A model generated the notes under the pieces. It worked only from the letters and a program-made list of their open reading frames with translations. It had not been told where the DNA came from and made no database searches. The translations under genes were made by a program, and so were the position numbers. From Candidatus Hydrogenedens sp. (GTDB lineage: Bacteria > Hydrogenedentota > Hydrogenedentia > Hydrogenedentales > Hydrogenedentaceae): a DNA stretch of 24,300 bases. Below, one piece after another: positions 16,677 through 24,300 of the stretch; the first letter of the stretch is position 1, and the number at the start of each line of letters is the position of its first letter. The stretch is taken from contig JBMFRC010000032.1 in NCBI GenBank assembly GCA_049968235.1, positions 1-24,300 of the forward strand. Reading direction: 5' to 3'.

Positions 16677-18236
16677 TTACTGCCCAATTCTTAAAATTTT
16701 ACTAAATTTTTGTATAGATGGTAAGTGGTTTGCATTTAAAAACATAGGGAAGGTTTTGATTGTACCCCATATAGACCTTCGCTGAGAACGGTAAATCATT
16801 CTTAGTGCGGTCAAAGGCATAAGAACTGTTTTTGTAATAATATCCATGCCAATAATAATTGATTTTAAAACCAAACTCCGGGGATTCTTTTTTAGTCTTT
16901 CTACGAGAGCCATAATTATTTTGGGTGAAACAAAACAGGCAGAACGAATAAGGCGGTTATCTTCCGTTGTCTTCCAGAGAAAAAAGTCTTCATATACAAC
17001 AGTATTTTCCTTTATGATACCTTCCTCTATAGCTCTTGTGCGTATTTCAGTTCCGGGATAAAACCGTAGAGAGAAGAACAAAGGCATAAATGGTCGGGGC
17101 GTTTTTGATAATGTAATAACAGTATTTAATCGGTCTTCTGGCGTTTCAAATGGATTATCTAAAATAATGTCGTAATAAATACCCACAGGATACTCCGAAA
17201 CAATTTGTGCTGCTTTTAAGAATGTTTCCGATTTTGTAGGGCGTTTATAAATCTCTAAACAGGTACGGTCACTTCCACTTTGCAAGCCCATATTGGTCCA
17301 GGTCATCCCCGCATCTACAAGAATAGACATTCGTTCATGGGATACCTCTCGAGCCGTTGTTTTCGCAATAAAAGGTAAACCGATACGCTTTTTATAAACT
17401 TCGCAAAATTCCTTTATATATTCCATATCGGATGCAAAGAAACAGTCATCAATAATGTCCACATAAAAAATCGGGGGACCTTCTTTCATCGCCAATTCTA
17501 ATTCCCGGATAAAATGCTGAACACTCCGATGTCTCACAGGCCAGGTCCCATATAATTTACGCAAAAATCGATTACAACAATAAGCACACCCGTAAGGACA
17601 ACCCCGTGAAGTCATGATTTTATAGACCTGCCCACGATACCTCTTATACCGCATGAGATGTTCAACCCGTACAGGTTCTATTTTTGTCCCTGTATCCACA
17701 TAACTACGCTCAGGTATTTGTCTCAAAGGAGGGAGCATATCTAGGTCTGAAATAAGGGGAGAAATAGGATTTGTTTGTAATATTCCCTCTTCATCGAAAT
17801 AGGCAAGATTATTAATTTTCTTCAGGTCATCTTTATTTGCACCACTCTTTACAGATGAAAGAAATGCTTTTAGGGACAGTTCCCCTTCACCGATACAAAC
17901 AAAGTCCGCTATCTTAGCACAGCGGTCGGGTTCTGTTGTTGCTTCAATTCCTCCCCAGATAACATAAGTTTCGGGCAACACTTCGCGAATTATACGGGTT
18001 ATTTCCGATGCAACCTGAAAATCCTCAGCAGTTAAACTGATGCCAACTACTTTTGGATTTTCTTCCATTAAAAATCTTTTTACATGTTCATGTTGATTTC
18101 TACCCGCATACTTTTTAAAGACGGGAAAATACAAAAGGACAGAATCAAATCCTTCTTGACGAAGGTATAAATGTAATCCCTTTAACCCTAAAATATCCAG
18201 ATTAGGCTGAGCAGAAACCAGACATATATCTGTCAT
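16677..18236 (-). CDS. B12-binding domain-containing radical SAM enzyme (class B radical SAM family)
   Basis: The N-terminal Rossmann-like cobalamin-binding region runs to about residue 130. It is followed by a radical SAM core with CPYGCAYC (CxxxCxxC). The protein is 519 aa. Confidence 0.85.
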   Translation of the reverse strand: MTDICLVSAQPNLDILGLKGLHLYLRQEGFDSVLLYFPVFKKYAGRNQHEHVKRFLMEENPKVVGISLTAEDFQVASEITRIIREVLPETYVIWGGIEATTEPDRCAKIADFVCIGEGELSLKAFLSSVKSGANKDDLKKINNLAYFDEEGILQTNPISPLISDLDMLPPLRQIPERSYVDTGTKIEPVRVEHLMRYKRYRGQVYKIMTSRGCPYGCAYCCNRFLRKLYGTWPVRHRSVQHFIRELELAMKEGPPIFYVDIIDDCFFASDMEYIKEFCEVYKKRIGLPFIAKTTAREVSHERMSILVDAGMTWTNMGLQSGSDRTCLEIYKRPTKSETFLKAAQIVSEYPVGIYYDIILDNPFETPEDRLNTVITLSKTPRPFMPLFFSLRFYPGTEIRTRAIEEGIIKENTVVYEDFFLWKTTEDNRLIRSACFVSPKIIMALVERLKKNPRSLVLKSIIIGMDIITKTVLMPLTALRMIYRSQRRSIWGTIKTFPMFLNANHLPSIQKFSKILRIGQ

Positions 18237-18428
18237 TCCCAGAAAATTCCTTAATTATAAAAATAACCATCTAATATTTTTGCATTCTATTCGTATAAAC
18301 AATTGCAAGAATGCTAAAATTTCATATTACTTCATTATATAAATTATATAAAATTACTTAGGAATGTTTATAATAATAGTTTCGTTCTTATATTTGTATT
18401 TTATATATACAACAGAAGAGAGGTATAT

Positions 18429-19187
18429 ATGAATTTTCGCAATATGGCAATTTATTCAAGCACTTTTGTAATCTTATTTGCCTTTTTATATGGCTGTGTT
18501 AATGAGGAAAAAATAGAAATTGTTCAAAAAAGAATGGTTTCTTCTACGGAAAAACCAATAATTCCATTACCAGCCCCACAGAGACTACGATTACTACCCA
18601 CAGATTTAGATAATCGGGGACAATTAGATACAGGTTCTCTATCAGGTATTTCCCCTGAAGAAATTACAACAAAAAAAGAAGAACAGGATACAGGGAATTC
18701 CGGAATGAAACCGGATATGCGAAATACATCTCTTGCCGAAGGTGGTTTTGGAAAGTTGGAATTGGAATGGGTAACGCCGGCAGGTTGGCAAGAAGATACA
18801 AACAAGCCTATGCGAGTCGTATCCTTTAATACCGGTGATAATTCCACATGGGAATGCTACATTAGTGTGCTGATGTCGCAAGCAGGTGGAGTAGAAGCCA
18901 ATCTAAAACGCTGGGCAAATCAGATGGGAAAACGAGATATTGATACTCAGACTATCGAACAACTTACGGATGTTACTATTTTGGGGAAACAATGCAAACT
19001 TTTAGATATTACAGGTAATTACGAAGATATGCAGGGGATTACCCATGAGAATTATCGTCTATTAGGTGCTGTTTGCTCACTGGGGAATCAGACCTTGTTT
19101 GTTAAAATGATAGGACCTGAAAAAGAAGTTGCTCTTCAAAAGGATAACTTTATTAAATTATGTAATTCACTTACACTAAAAAATTAA
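18429..19187 (+). CDS. Lipoprotein of unknown function
   Basis: Signal peptide with lipobox LYGC. An AGAAGAGAGG Shine-Dalgarno precedes the ATG at 18429. It has no CxxCH or CxxC motif. It ends 25 nt before ccsB on the same strand. Confidence 0.55.
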   Translation: MNFRNMAIYSSTFVILFAFLYGCVNEEKIEIVQKRMVSSTEKPIIPLPAPQRLRLLPTDLDNRGQLDTGSLSGISPEEITTKKEEQDTGNSGMKPDMRNTSLAEGGFGKLELEWVTPAGWQEDTNKPMRVVSFNTGDNSTWECYISVLMSQAGGVEANLKRWANQMGKRDIDTQTIEQLTDVTILGKQCKLLDITGNYEDMQGITHENYRLLGAVCSLGNQTLFVKMIGPEKEVALQKDNFIKLCNSLTLKN

Positions 19188-19212
19188 AAACAGTGGATAT
19201 GGAAGTAATGAG

Positions 19213-20355
19213 ATGAAAGAAATTTTCCGTTTTTTAGGATCGTATAAATTATCGGTTGTAATACTTTTCTTCCTGATGGTAATTGTATTTTTAGGAACGC
19301 TGGCTCAAACCGAGCATGGTATTTATGAAATTCAAAACAAATACTTTGAATCCGTATTTGTTTTGCACTGGCTCGGGAATTACATACCTCTTCCTCTACC
19401 GGGAGGGGGATTACTTATGGTTCTTCTGTTACTAAATTTATTTATTGGCGGAGTTCTTTTAGCCCCGAAAAGTATAAAAAAGCCCGGTATGCTCATCGCA
19501 CATGGTGGTGCTATTTTACTCATCCTTGGTGGATTTTGGGGCGAGTTCTGGGGAGATTATGGTCAAATTTCTTTGCTTGAAGGCGAGACAAAAAATACAT
19601 TTGAAAACACAAAAAATTGGGAAATTTATATCTGGAAATTGGATAAGGAAAAAAAGATACCTATTACTGAATGGATTATTCCCCAACAACACTTCTCCAA
19701 ACTAAAAGGAGCCATGCGAAGGAGTTTCTTTTCAAAAGAGTTCCCTTTTGAAATAACTCTGATGCGATTTATGACAAATGCCAAACCTCGATTTACCATT
19801 CCCGGTGTAGAACAAGGTATTCAAGGAGTCCTTTTAGAACCTGCACCTTCGGAACGGGAAGAAGAATTAAATCTTGCTGGTATTTATGTAGAAATTTCTG
19901 CAAATGAACAGCATCACCTGGGCATACTCTGGGGTGGAGAAAAACAACCATGGACTTTTGAGATAGGAAATGAATTGTATTCAATGGGGATACGACACCA
20001 GAGAATGGAACTTCCGTTTTCCATAAAATTGGAAAAATTTATTAAAGAATTTTATCCCCGAACCAACAAACCGCGATTCTTTGCAAGTGAAGTAGTATAT
20101 GCTACAGGAAATTGGGAACAGAGGACCGTGATACGAATGAATGAACCCCTTCGTTTCCAGGGTTTTACAGTCTATCAAGCATCATGGGGAACTGTAAATG
20201 ACAGCCCCTCTGCACCTGTCTTCTCCGTTCTTGCGATAACAAAAAACCCGGCGGAACAGGTCCCCTTATATTCGTGCATAATCATTTCCATAGGTTTATT
20301 ACTACATTTTTCCCAAAAACTAATAAGATTTCTGAAAAGTTCGAGAGGAGCATAA
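19213..20355 (+). CDS. ccsB: Cytochrome c biogenesis protein CcsB/ResB (System II)
   Basis: Four predicted TM helices with conserved histidines in TM3 (LIAHGGAILL) and the last TM (LLLHFS). A periplasmic domain lies between them, in the ResB-like layout. ccsA follows 9 nt downstream. Confidence 0.75.
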   Translation: MKEIFRFLGSYKLSVVILFFLMVIVFLGTLAQTEHGIYEIQNKYFESVFVLHWLGNYIPLPLPGGGLLMVLLLLNLFIGGVLLAPKSIKKPGMLIAHGGAILLILGGFWGEFWGDYGQISLLEGETKNTFENTKNWEIYIWKLDKEKKIPITEWIIPQQHFSKLKGAMRRSFFSKEFPFEITLMRFMTNAKPRFTIPGVEQGIQGVLLEPAPSEREEELNLAGIYVEISANEQHHLGILWGGEKQPWTFEIGNELYSMGIRHQRMELPFSIKLEKFIKEFYPRTNKPRFFASEVVYATGNWEQRTVIRMNEPLRFQGFTVYQASWGTVNDSPSAPVFSVLAITKNPAEQVPLYSCIIISIGLLLHFSQKLIRFLKSSRGA

Positions 20356-20363
20356 GTAGTTTC

Positions 20364-22307
20364 ATGACTTTCTTTCTAATATCATCCATCATTCTTTCCG
20401 GATATGTTTCTTTGAACACTGTAGAGTTAACTACAGAAACCCATCAATCTCCAAAATTAACCATACCTCAATGGGATAAAGAAATAATAACCATTGCAGA
20501 GAAGTTACCCATTCAATCCGATGGCCGAATAAAACCATTGAGTACTCATGCAAGATTTTTACTATTAAAATTAAGTGGGAAGACATCCATAAAAAGTCCA
20601 GAAGGAAAAAGTTTGTCTCCGACAGAGTGGTTCTTACATTGTATTTTTTATCCTGACATTGCTAAAAAATACCCGGTCTTTATTGTTCATGACCTGTCGG
20701 TATTGGAAAACCTTGGATTGCAAGGACACGAAAAAAAACGAGACCGATACACTTACAACGAACTACTTCCCGCTCGTGAAGAATTGATGAATCAAGCCCA
20801 GAAGTACTCCCAGATACCTCCTGCTCAGCGAACCCGTATTCAAGAACAGGTTCTTAACTTAGCGGATAATCTACTAACTTTTGAAGAAATCATTGCTTAT
20901 CTGGACTTTGCCCGATACAAATATTCCATCCCTCCAAGTTCCCTGCTTTCACAATTTTTCCCTAATAAAAAAGAACCTTTTTTATCAGAAATTATTGAAA
21001 TATTTCCGGAATTCAAGAAAAAACTCAAAGAAATTTCGCCAACCTTAAACGAAGAACAAACTAAAGAAATATTATCAACCATTCGAAATTTATTAGGGGA
21101 TGTAAATCAACTTGTTGTAAAAGCAGAACATTTTACAGTTATTCCTTCCGATGAACTATCAAAAAAAGCGTGGCTCTCTCCTTTAGATATTGCTATTCAA
21201 ATTTTTGACCCATCTACAGAAAATATACCTGACATTCATCTTTTTATGCTTTTTACAAAACTGGAACAGGAAAAAGGAATCCCAGAACAATTCAAAAAAT
21301 TATTTACACAATTAGTCGAAGAAATTACGCAGAAAGCAGAGGCAAGAGGAGAAGGAAAAAAGATAAATCTGGAAGTTTTGTATTATAAAGGAAAATTCTT
21401 ATTTTATAGCCAGTGGATATTCTTCCTCGCTGTGATTTTAACTGCAATATGGTGGCTTTCAATTAAAAACAAAGTATTGAAATTTAGTGTTTTTTCTGTC
21501 AACACAATCGCTTTATTATTACTCATTATCGCCATTACTTTTCGTTGCATTATCCGTGGTCGTCCTCCCGTAACAACCCTTTACGAAACCATTTTGTTCA
21601 CTACAGCCACCGCAGTTCTTCTGGCTTTTATCATGGAACGATTTACCCGAGATAATATTTCATTAAGCCTTGCCAGTTTTTTAGGATTATTAGGTCTATT
21701 TCTGGCTAACCGTTACGAGATGAAAGAAGGTACAGATACCATGCCCAGTCTTGTAGCGGTATTAGATACAAATTTCTGGCTTACCATTCATGTAACAACG
21801 ATTGTAATCGGATATGGAGCAGGTTTATTAGCCAGTGCTTTTGGACATGTCTGGATTTTAGGGAAAATATTAAGACTTAAGAAAAATGATGCAACCTTTT
21901 ACAAACGGCTTTCGCGAGGAATATACGGAACAATTTGCTTTTGTTTCTTCTTTTCTTTTATAGGCACAGTATTGGGGGGAATCTGGGCTTTGCAGAGTTG
22001 GGGACGTTTCTGGGGTTGGGACCCAAAAGAAAACGGGGCTTTGCTCATTGTTCTCTGGTGTCTAATTGTAATTCATGCTCATTTAGGGAAAATTATAAAT
22101 AGCCTTGGTATAACATTAGGTTCTATCATTTTAGGTATTGTCGTTTCCTTCTCCTGGTGGGGAGTAAACTTATTAGGCGTGGGCTTACATAGTTATGGCT
22201 TTACCCGGGGAGCATGGAATTCCCTTCTGATATTCTGGATTATTGAAATATTGCTTATCTTTTCCGGTACCTATATAAACCTGATAGAAAAGAAACAACA
22301 AACATAA
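20364..22307 (+). CDS. ccsA: Cytochrome c-type biogenesis protein CcsA/ResC (heme-handling WWD protein) with an N-terminal extension of about 340 aa
   Basis: The C-terminal polytopic core has the tryptophan-rich WWD motif WGRFWGWDPKENGALL and conserved His residues. The start is trimmed to the ATG at 20364 (MTFFLISS...), which has a GAGGAG Shine-Dalgarno. The track ORF begins at 20274, overlapping ccsB. Confidence 0.85.
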   Translation: MTFFLISSIILSGYVSLNTVELTTETHQSPKLTIPQWDKEIITIAEKLPIQSDGRIKPLSTHARFLLLKLSGKTSIKSPEGKSLSPTEWFLHCIFYPDIAKKYPVFIVHDLSVLENLGLQGHEKKRDRYTYNELLPAREELMNQAQKYSQIPPAQRTRIQEQVLNLADNLLTFEEIIAYLDFARYKYSIPPSSLLSQFFPNKKEPFLSEIIEIFPEFKKKLKEISPTLNEEQTKEILSTIRNLLGDVNQLVVKAEHFTVIPSDELSKKAWLSPLDIAIQIFDPSTENIPDIHLFMLFTKLEQEKGIPEQFKKLFTQLVEEITQKAEARGEGKKINLEVLYYKGKFLFYSQWIFFLAVILTAIWWLSIKNKVLKFSVFSVNTIALLLLIIAITFRCIIRGRPPVTTLYETILFTTATAVLLAFIMERFTRDNISLSLASFLGLLGLFLANRYEMKEGTDTMPSLVAVLDTNFWLTIHVTTIVIGYGAGLLASAFGHVWILGKILRLKKNDATFYKRLSRGIYGTICFCFFFSFIGTVLGGIWALQSWGRFWGWDPKENGALLIVLWCLIVIHAHLGKIINSLGITLGSIILGIVVSFSWWGVNLLGVGLHSYGFTRGAWNSLLIFWIIEILLIFSGTYINLIEKKQQT

Positions 22308-22339
22308 AATATATTTAAATTACACCACAATCCTTATCG

Positions 22340-22369
22340 TTGACAGAACGAGACCCACAGATATATAAT
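22340..22369 (+). promoter_or_regulatory. Near-consensus sigma-70 promoter-like element on the plus strand, oriented antisense to aat
   Basis: TTGACA at 22340..22345, a 17-18 nt spacer, then ATATAA/TATAAT at 22363..22369. It lies in the 86-nt convergent gap between ccsA and aat. No plus-strand ORF of meaningful size follows. Confidence 0.3.
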
Positions 22370-22393
22370 TTATTTTACAATTATTACACTATA

Positions 22394-23152
22394 TTATTTA
22401 TCTCGCTTTGATGAAGATTGCTCTGAACCACTTTTCTTTAAATATAATACTGCTTCATAAACTTTATCCATATCCATTTGCCATCGCTCTGTAGGAAGAT
22501 TTTCAGACAAATTAACTCTAAGCCAACTTAAATACTTTTTTCTCGGGACAGCAAAAACGCCAAATTGTTCCAGATGTTCGGAAAATACCTGACAATCAAT
22601 AAGTTTAATCCCATGCAGAAATGAGAAACCACACAATGCAAGAAAAGCAATTTTAGAAGCATTTGAGGTATGATAAAACATAGATTCTCCAACAAATAAA
22701 GGTCCCAATTGAACACCATACAAGCCTCCTACCAGTGTTTTATCCTTCCAGCATTCTATAGAGTGGGTATAACCCAGTTCATGTAAACGGATATAGTTCT
22801 GTTGAATATCCGTAGTAATCCATGTCCCATCTTCCCATTTTCGAGGTGTTCTTGCACATTCGTAAATAACCTCCTGAAAAGATGTGTCCGCAGTAATATA
22901 AAAAGGCTTCTTTTTCCATTCACGCCAGAGCCGATGTGGAATATGTAGTAAATGTGTCGGCAGAACTGCTCTTGGGTCAGGGGAACACCATCGAATAGGT
23001 TCTCCCTCGCTATACCAGGGGAAAATACCTTTTCGATAGGCATCTATCAATCGGGTAGGAGACAGGTCTGCACCATAAGCAACAACCCATCCCTGCCAGT
23101 ATTTTTCCGCAGGAAAAGGGTCATCCGGTTTTAACCATACTACACTTCGCAT
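22394..23152 (-). CDS. aat: Leucyl/phenylalanyl-tRNA--protein transferase
   Basis: GIFPWYSEGEPIRWCSPDPRAVL and the GESMF...NASK block are diagnostic. The N-terminus MRSVVWLKPDDPFPA aligns with E. coli Aat MRLVQLSRHSIAFPSP, so the start is set at the ATG at 23152. The track start at 23179 is a TTG that overlaps the upstream gene. Confidence 0.85.
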   Translation of the reverse strand: MRSVVWLKPDDPFPAEKYWQGWVVAYGADLSPTRLIDAYRKGIFPWYSEGEPIRWCSPDPRAVLPTHLLHIPHRLWREWKKKPFYITADTSFQEVIYECARTPRKWEDGTWITTDIQQNYIRLHELGYTHSIECWKDKTLVGGLYGVQLGPLFVGESMFYHTSNASKIAFLALCGFSFLHGIKLIDCQVFSEHLEQFGVFAVPRKKYLSWLRVNLSENLPTERWQMDMDKVYEAVLYLKKSGSEQSSSKRDK

Positions 23153-23162
23153 ATACCTTGTT

Positions 23163-23816
23163 TCAAAGAATAGTTCCAAATATATCTACATGTCGGTCAG
23201 TAACACATTTTACAGATAAATTTTGCAATCCACATTCTGCCAATTGTTCCTGAATTTCCTCAGGGGTAAATGCGGATAATAACGAACGATAATATTCTTG
23301 CTTCAGTAAGTCCGATGCATCCCCCGCATATAACTCTACTATTTTTTTTGCTTGCTCTTCTGATTCCGGACGGAACAAATCCCGAAGAAAAATAAATCCG
23401 CCGGATTTAATCACCCTTACAATTTCCATCCATAACAACATTGGGTCCAAAAGGTGATGAAGCAGACTATTACTAAAAATAACATCTACAGACTTGTCCA
23501 TAAAAGGCAAGTTTTTAGCATCTGCCAATATCCATGTTAAACTACGAGAACCACTTTCTTTTTGTGCAAATCGAAGCATGGATAGAGAACCATCAACCCC
23601 TATAATTTTATACTGTTCACAACAAAGATGCATACGATAAGTAATATCACCCGGACCACAACCTAAATCTAACATTAACAAATTTCCTGATAAAGGCAAT
23701 GTGTCGCAAAACACCTCCACAAATTTCTTATTTACATCTGAAAAATCAGTTACAGAGTACGCCTCTGCCTCTAATGGGTCATCCATTAATTCAGGTTCTG
23801 GCTTCCTTTCTAACAT
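23163..23816 (-). CDS. Class I SAM-dependent methyltransferase
   Basis: Motif I is LDLGCGPGDIT, and the Rossmann-fold MTase layout continues with a DASVDVIFSN-like motif II. It ends 10 nt upstream of the aat start, so the two are probably co-transcribed. Confidence 0.85.
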   Translation of the reverse strand: MLERKPEPELMDDPLEAEAYSVTDFSDVNKKFVEVFCDTLPLSGNLLMLDLGCGPGDITYRMHLCCEQYKIIGVDGSLSMLRFAQKESGSRSLTWILADAKNLPFMDKSVDVIFSNSLLHHLLDPMLLWMEIVRVIKSGGFIFLRDLFRPESEEQAKKIVELYAGDASDLLKQEYYRSLLSAFTPEEIQEQLAECGLQNLSVKCVTDRHVDIFGTIL

Positions 23817-23968
23817 ACCAACATTCTTTCCCTGTTCCAGAAATTAAATCCCTATTACAATAACACCAAATTATATGTAAAAATCAAATAAATCTTTTAG
23901 AGAATAAAATGCTTCTCATCTCTCCCATACATTCTCCCTCCTGTTTTGCTGTTCAGTTACTATCCCTT

Positions 23969-24014
23969 AAAAAACGCCCCCCCACAGGACTATCTCCTGT
24001 AGGGGGCGGGCGTT
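23969..24014 (-). terminator. Rho-independent terminator for the upstream minus-strand gene
   Basis: The minus-strand RNA reads AACGCCCGCCCCCUACAGGA-GAUAG-UCCUGUGGGGGGGCGUU followed by UUUUUU. This is a 15-17 bp GC-rich stem plus U-tract, located 17 nt after the stop at 24031. Confidence 0.7.
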
Positions 24015-24030
24015 AAGGTATCAAAGTATT

Positions 24031-24300
24031 TTATCTCTCCTGTCTCACAGGATGAAGCATCACCACAATACCGAACAAGCCTATCAACACTATCAACAAA
24101 ATGTAACCGTATCCACCTATTGCCGATAAACCCGTTTCCGTATGAACCGTTAAGGCATATTCTCCCACATACTCAGGAGCATAGTTGCCCGCCGAATCTA
24201 CTGCCGTTCCCGGCTGTATGTGTAACGCTACCTCGCCATGTCCTTCTATATTGTTCAGCACTATCTCATACTCCGCTTCGCTATCCTTGGTCAATTGCAC
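24031..24300 (-). CDS. Hypothetical protein, C-terminal fragment, with a C-terminal transmembrane anchor (the gene continues beyond the right edge)
   Basis: The open frame reaches the window edge. It ends with a hydrophobic helix YGYILLIVLIGLFGIVVML followed by a basic tail HPVRQER. The preceding sequence looks like a secreted/surface domain. A strong terminator follows it. Confidence 0.45.
   Translation of the reverse strand: MQLTKDSEAEYEIVLNNIEGHGEVALHIQPGTAVDSAGNYAPEYVGEYALTVHTETGLSAIGGYGYILLIVLIGLFGIVVMLHPVRQER

Noticed and set aside
16236-16694. Track ORFs 16236..16694 (+), 16442..16687 (-) and the 16320..16391 extension of dnaX
   Set aside because: They traverse the GC-rich SRP RNA gene. 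The open frames are a by-product of the structured RNA. dnaX has a proper ATG with a Shine-Dalgarno at 16319, downstream of the RNA.
18429-19187. The lipoprotein upstream of ccsB as a ResA-like thiol-disulfide oxidoreductase
   Set aside because: No CxxC or CxxCH motif is present anywhere in the 252-aa sequence, so a thioredoxin-like or cytochrome function is unsupported.
23817-23960. Candidate promoter for the methyltransferase-aat operon (TATAAT-like box near 23870 on the minus strand)
   Set aside because: A TATAAT is present but has no acceptable -35 at 16-18 nt spacing (the TTGATT is only 6 nt away). It is too ambiguous in AT-rich sequence to report as a feature.
1-24300. CRISPR arrays, insertion sequences/transposases, integrases, tRNA or rRNA genes
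   Set aside because: I scanned intergenic regions and both strands for direct repeats with regular spacing, terminal inverted repeats, DDE/integrase motifs and cloverleaf-capable GC-rich segments. None was found. The only GC-rich non-coding island is the SRP RNA.

Overview
This is a low-GC bacterial chromosomal window, about 40% GC in core genes, that uses canonical GGAG-type Shine-Dalgarno sites and TTGACA/TATAAT-type promoters. Most of it is on the minus strand. It carries the 5' end of tuf, then the str ribosomal operon (bTHX-rpsL-rpsG-fusA); the small bTHX gene is absent from the ORF track. Next comes a markedly AT-rich stretch (about 25-30% GC) with two translationally coupled bacterial dynamin-like GTPases, each with a C-terminal membrane hairpin, preceded by a PilZ c-di-GMP receptor. 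Divergent from this operon is an 877-aa protein that fuses a degenerate KaiC/RecA-like N-terminus to a PEP-synthase-type ATP-grasp (PPDK_N) domain. Further on are a lipid-related block (FabK/NMO-family flavoenzyme, MsbA-like ABC exporter, overlapping lipoprotein), dnaX with a long Bacillus-type SRP RNA immediately upstream, a B12-binding radical SAM enzyme, a lipoprotein-ccsB-ccsA (System II cytochrome c biogenesis) cluster, an operon of a SAM methyltransferase and Leu/Phe-tRNA protein transferase, a rho-independent terminator, and a partial membrane-anchored protein. The most interesting candidate system is the PilZ + tandem dynamin-like GTPase module with its divergent KaiC-like/PPDK_N partner. 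Other notable points are an A10G slippery run in dnaX at the expected gamma/tau boundary, and a near-consensus promoter on the plus strand that fires antisense into aat. No CRISPR arrays, transposases or rRNA/tRNA genes were seen.
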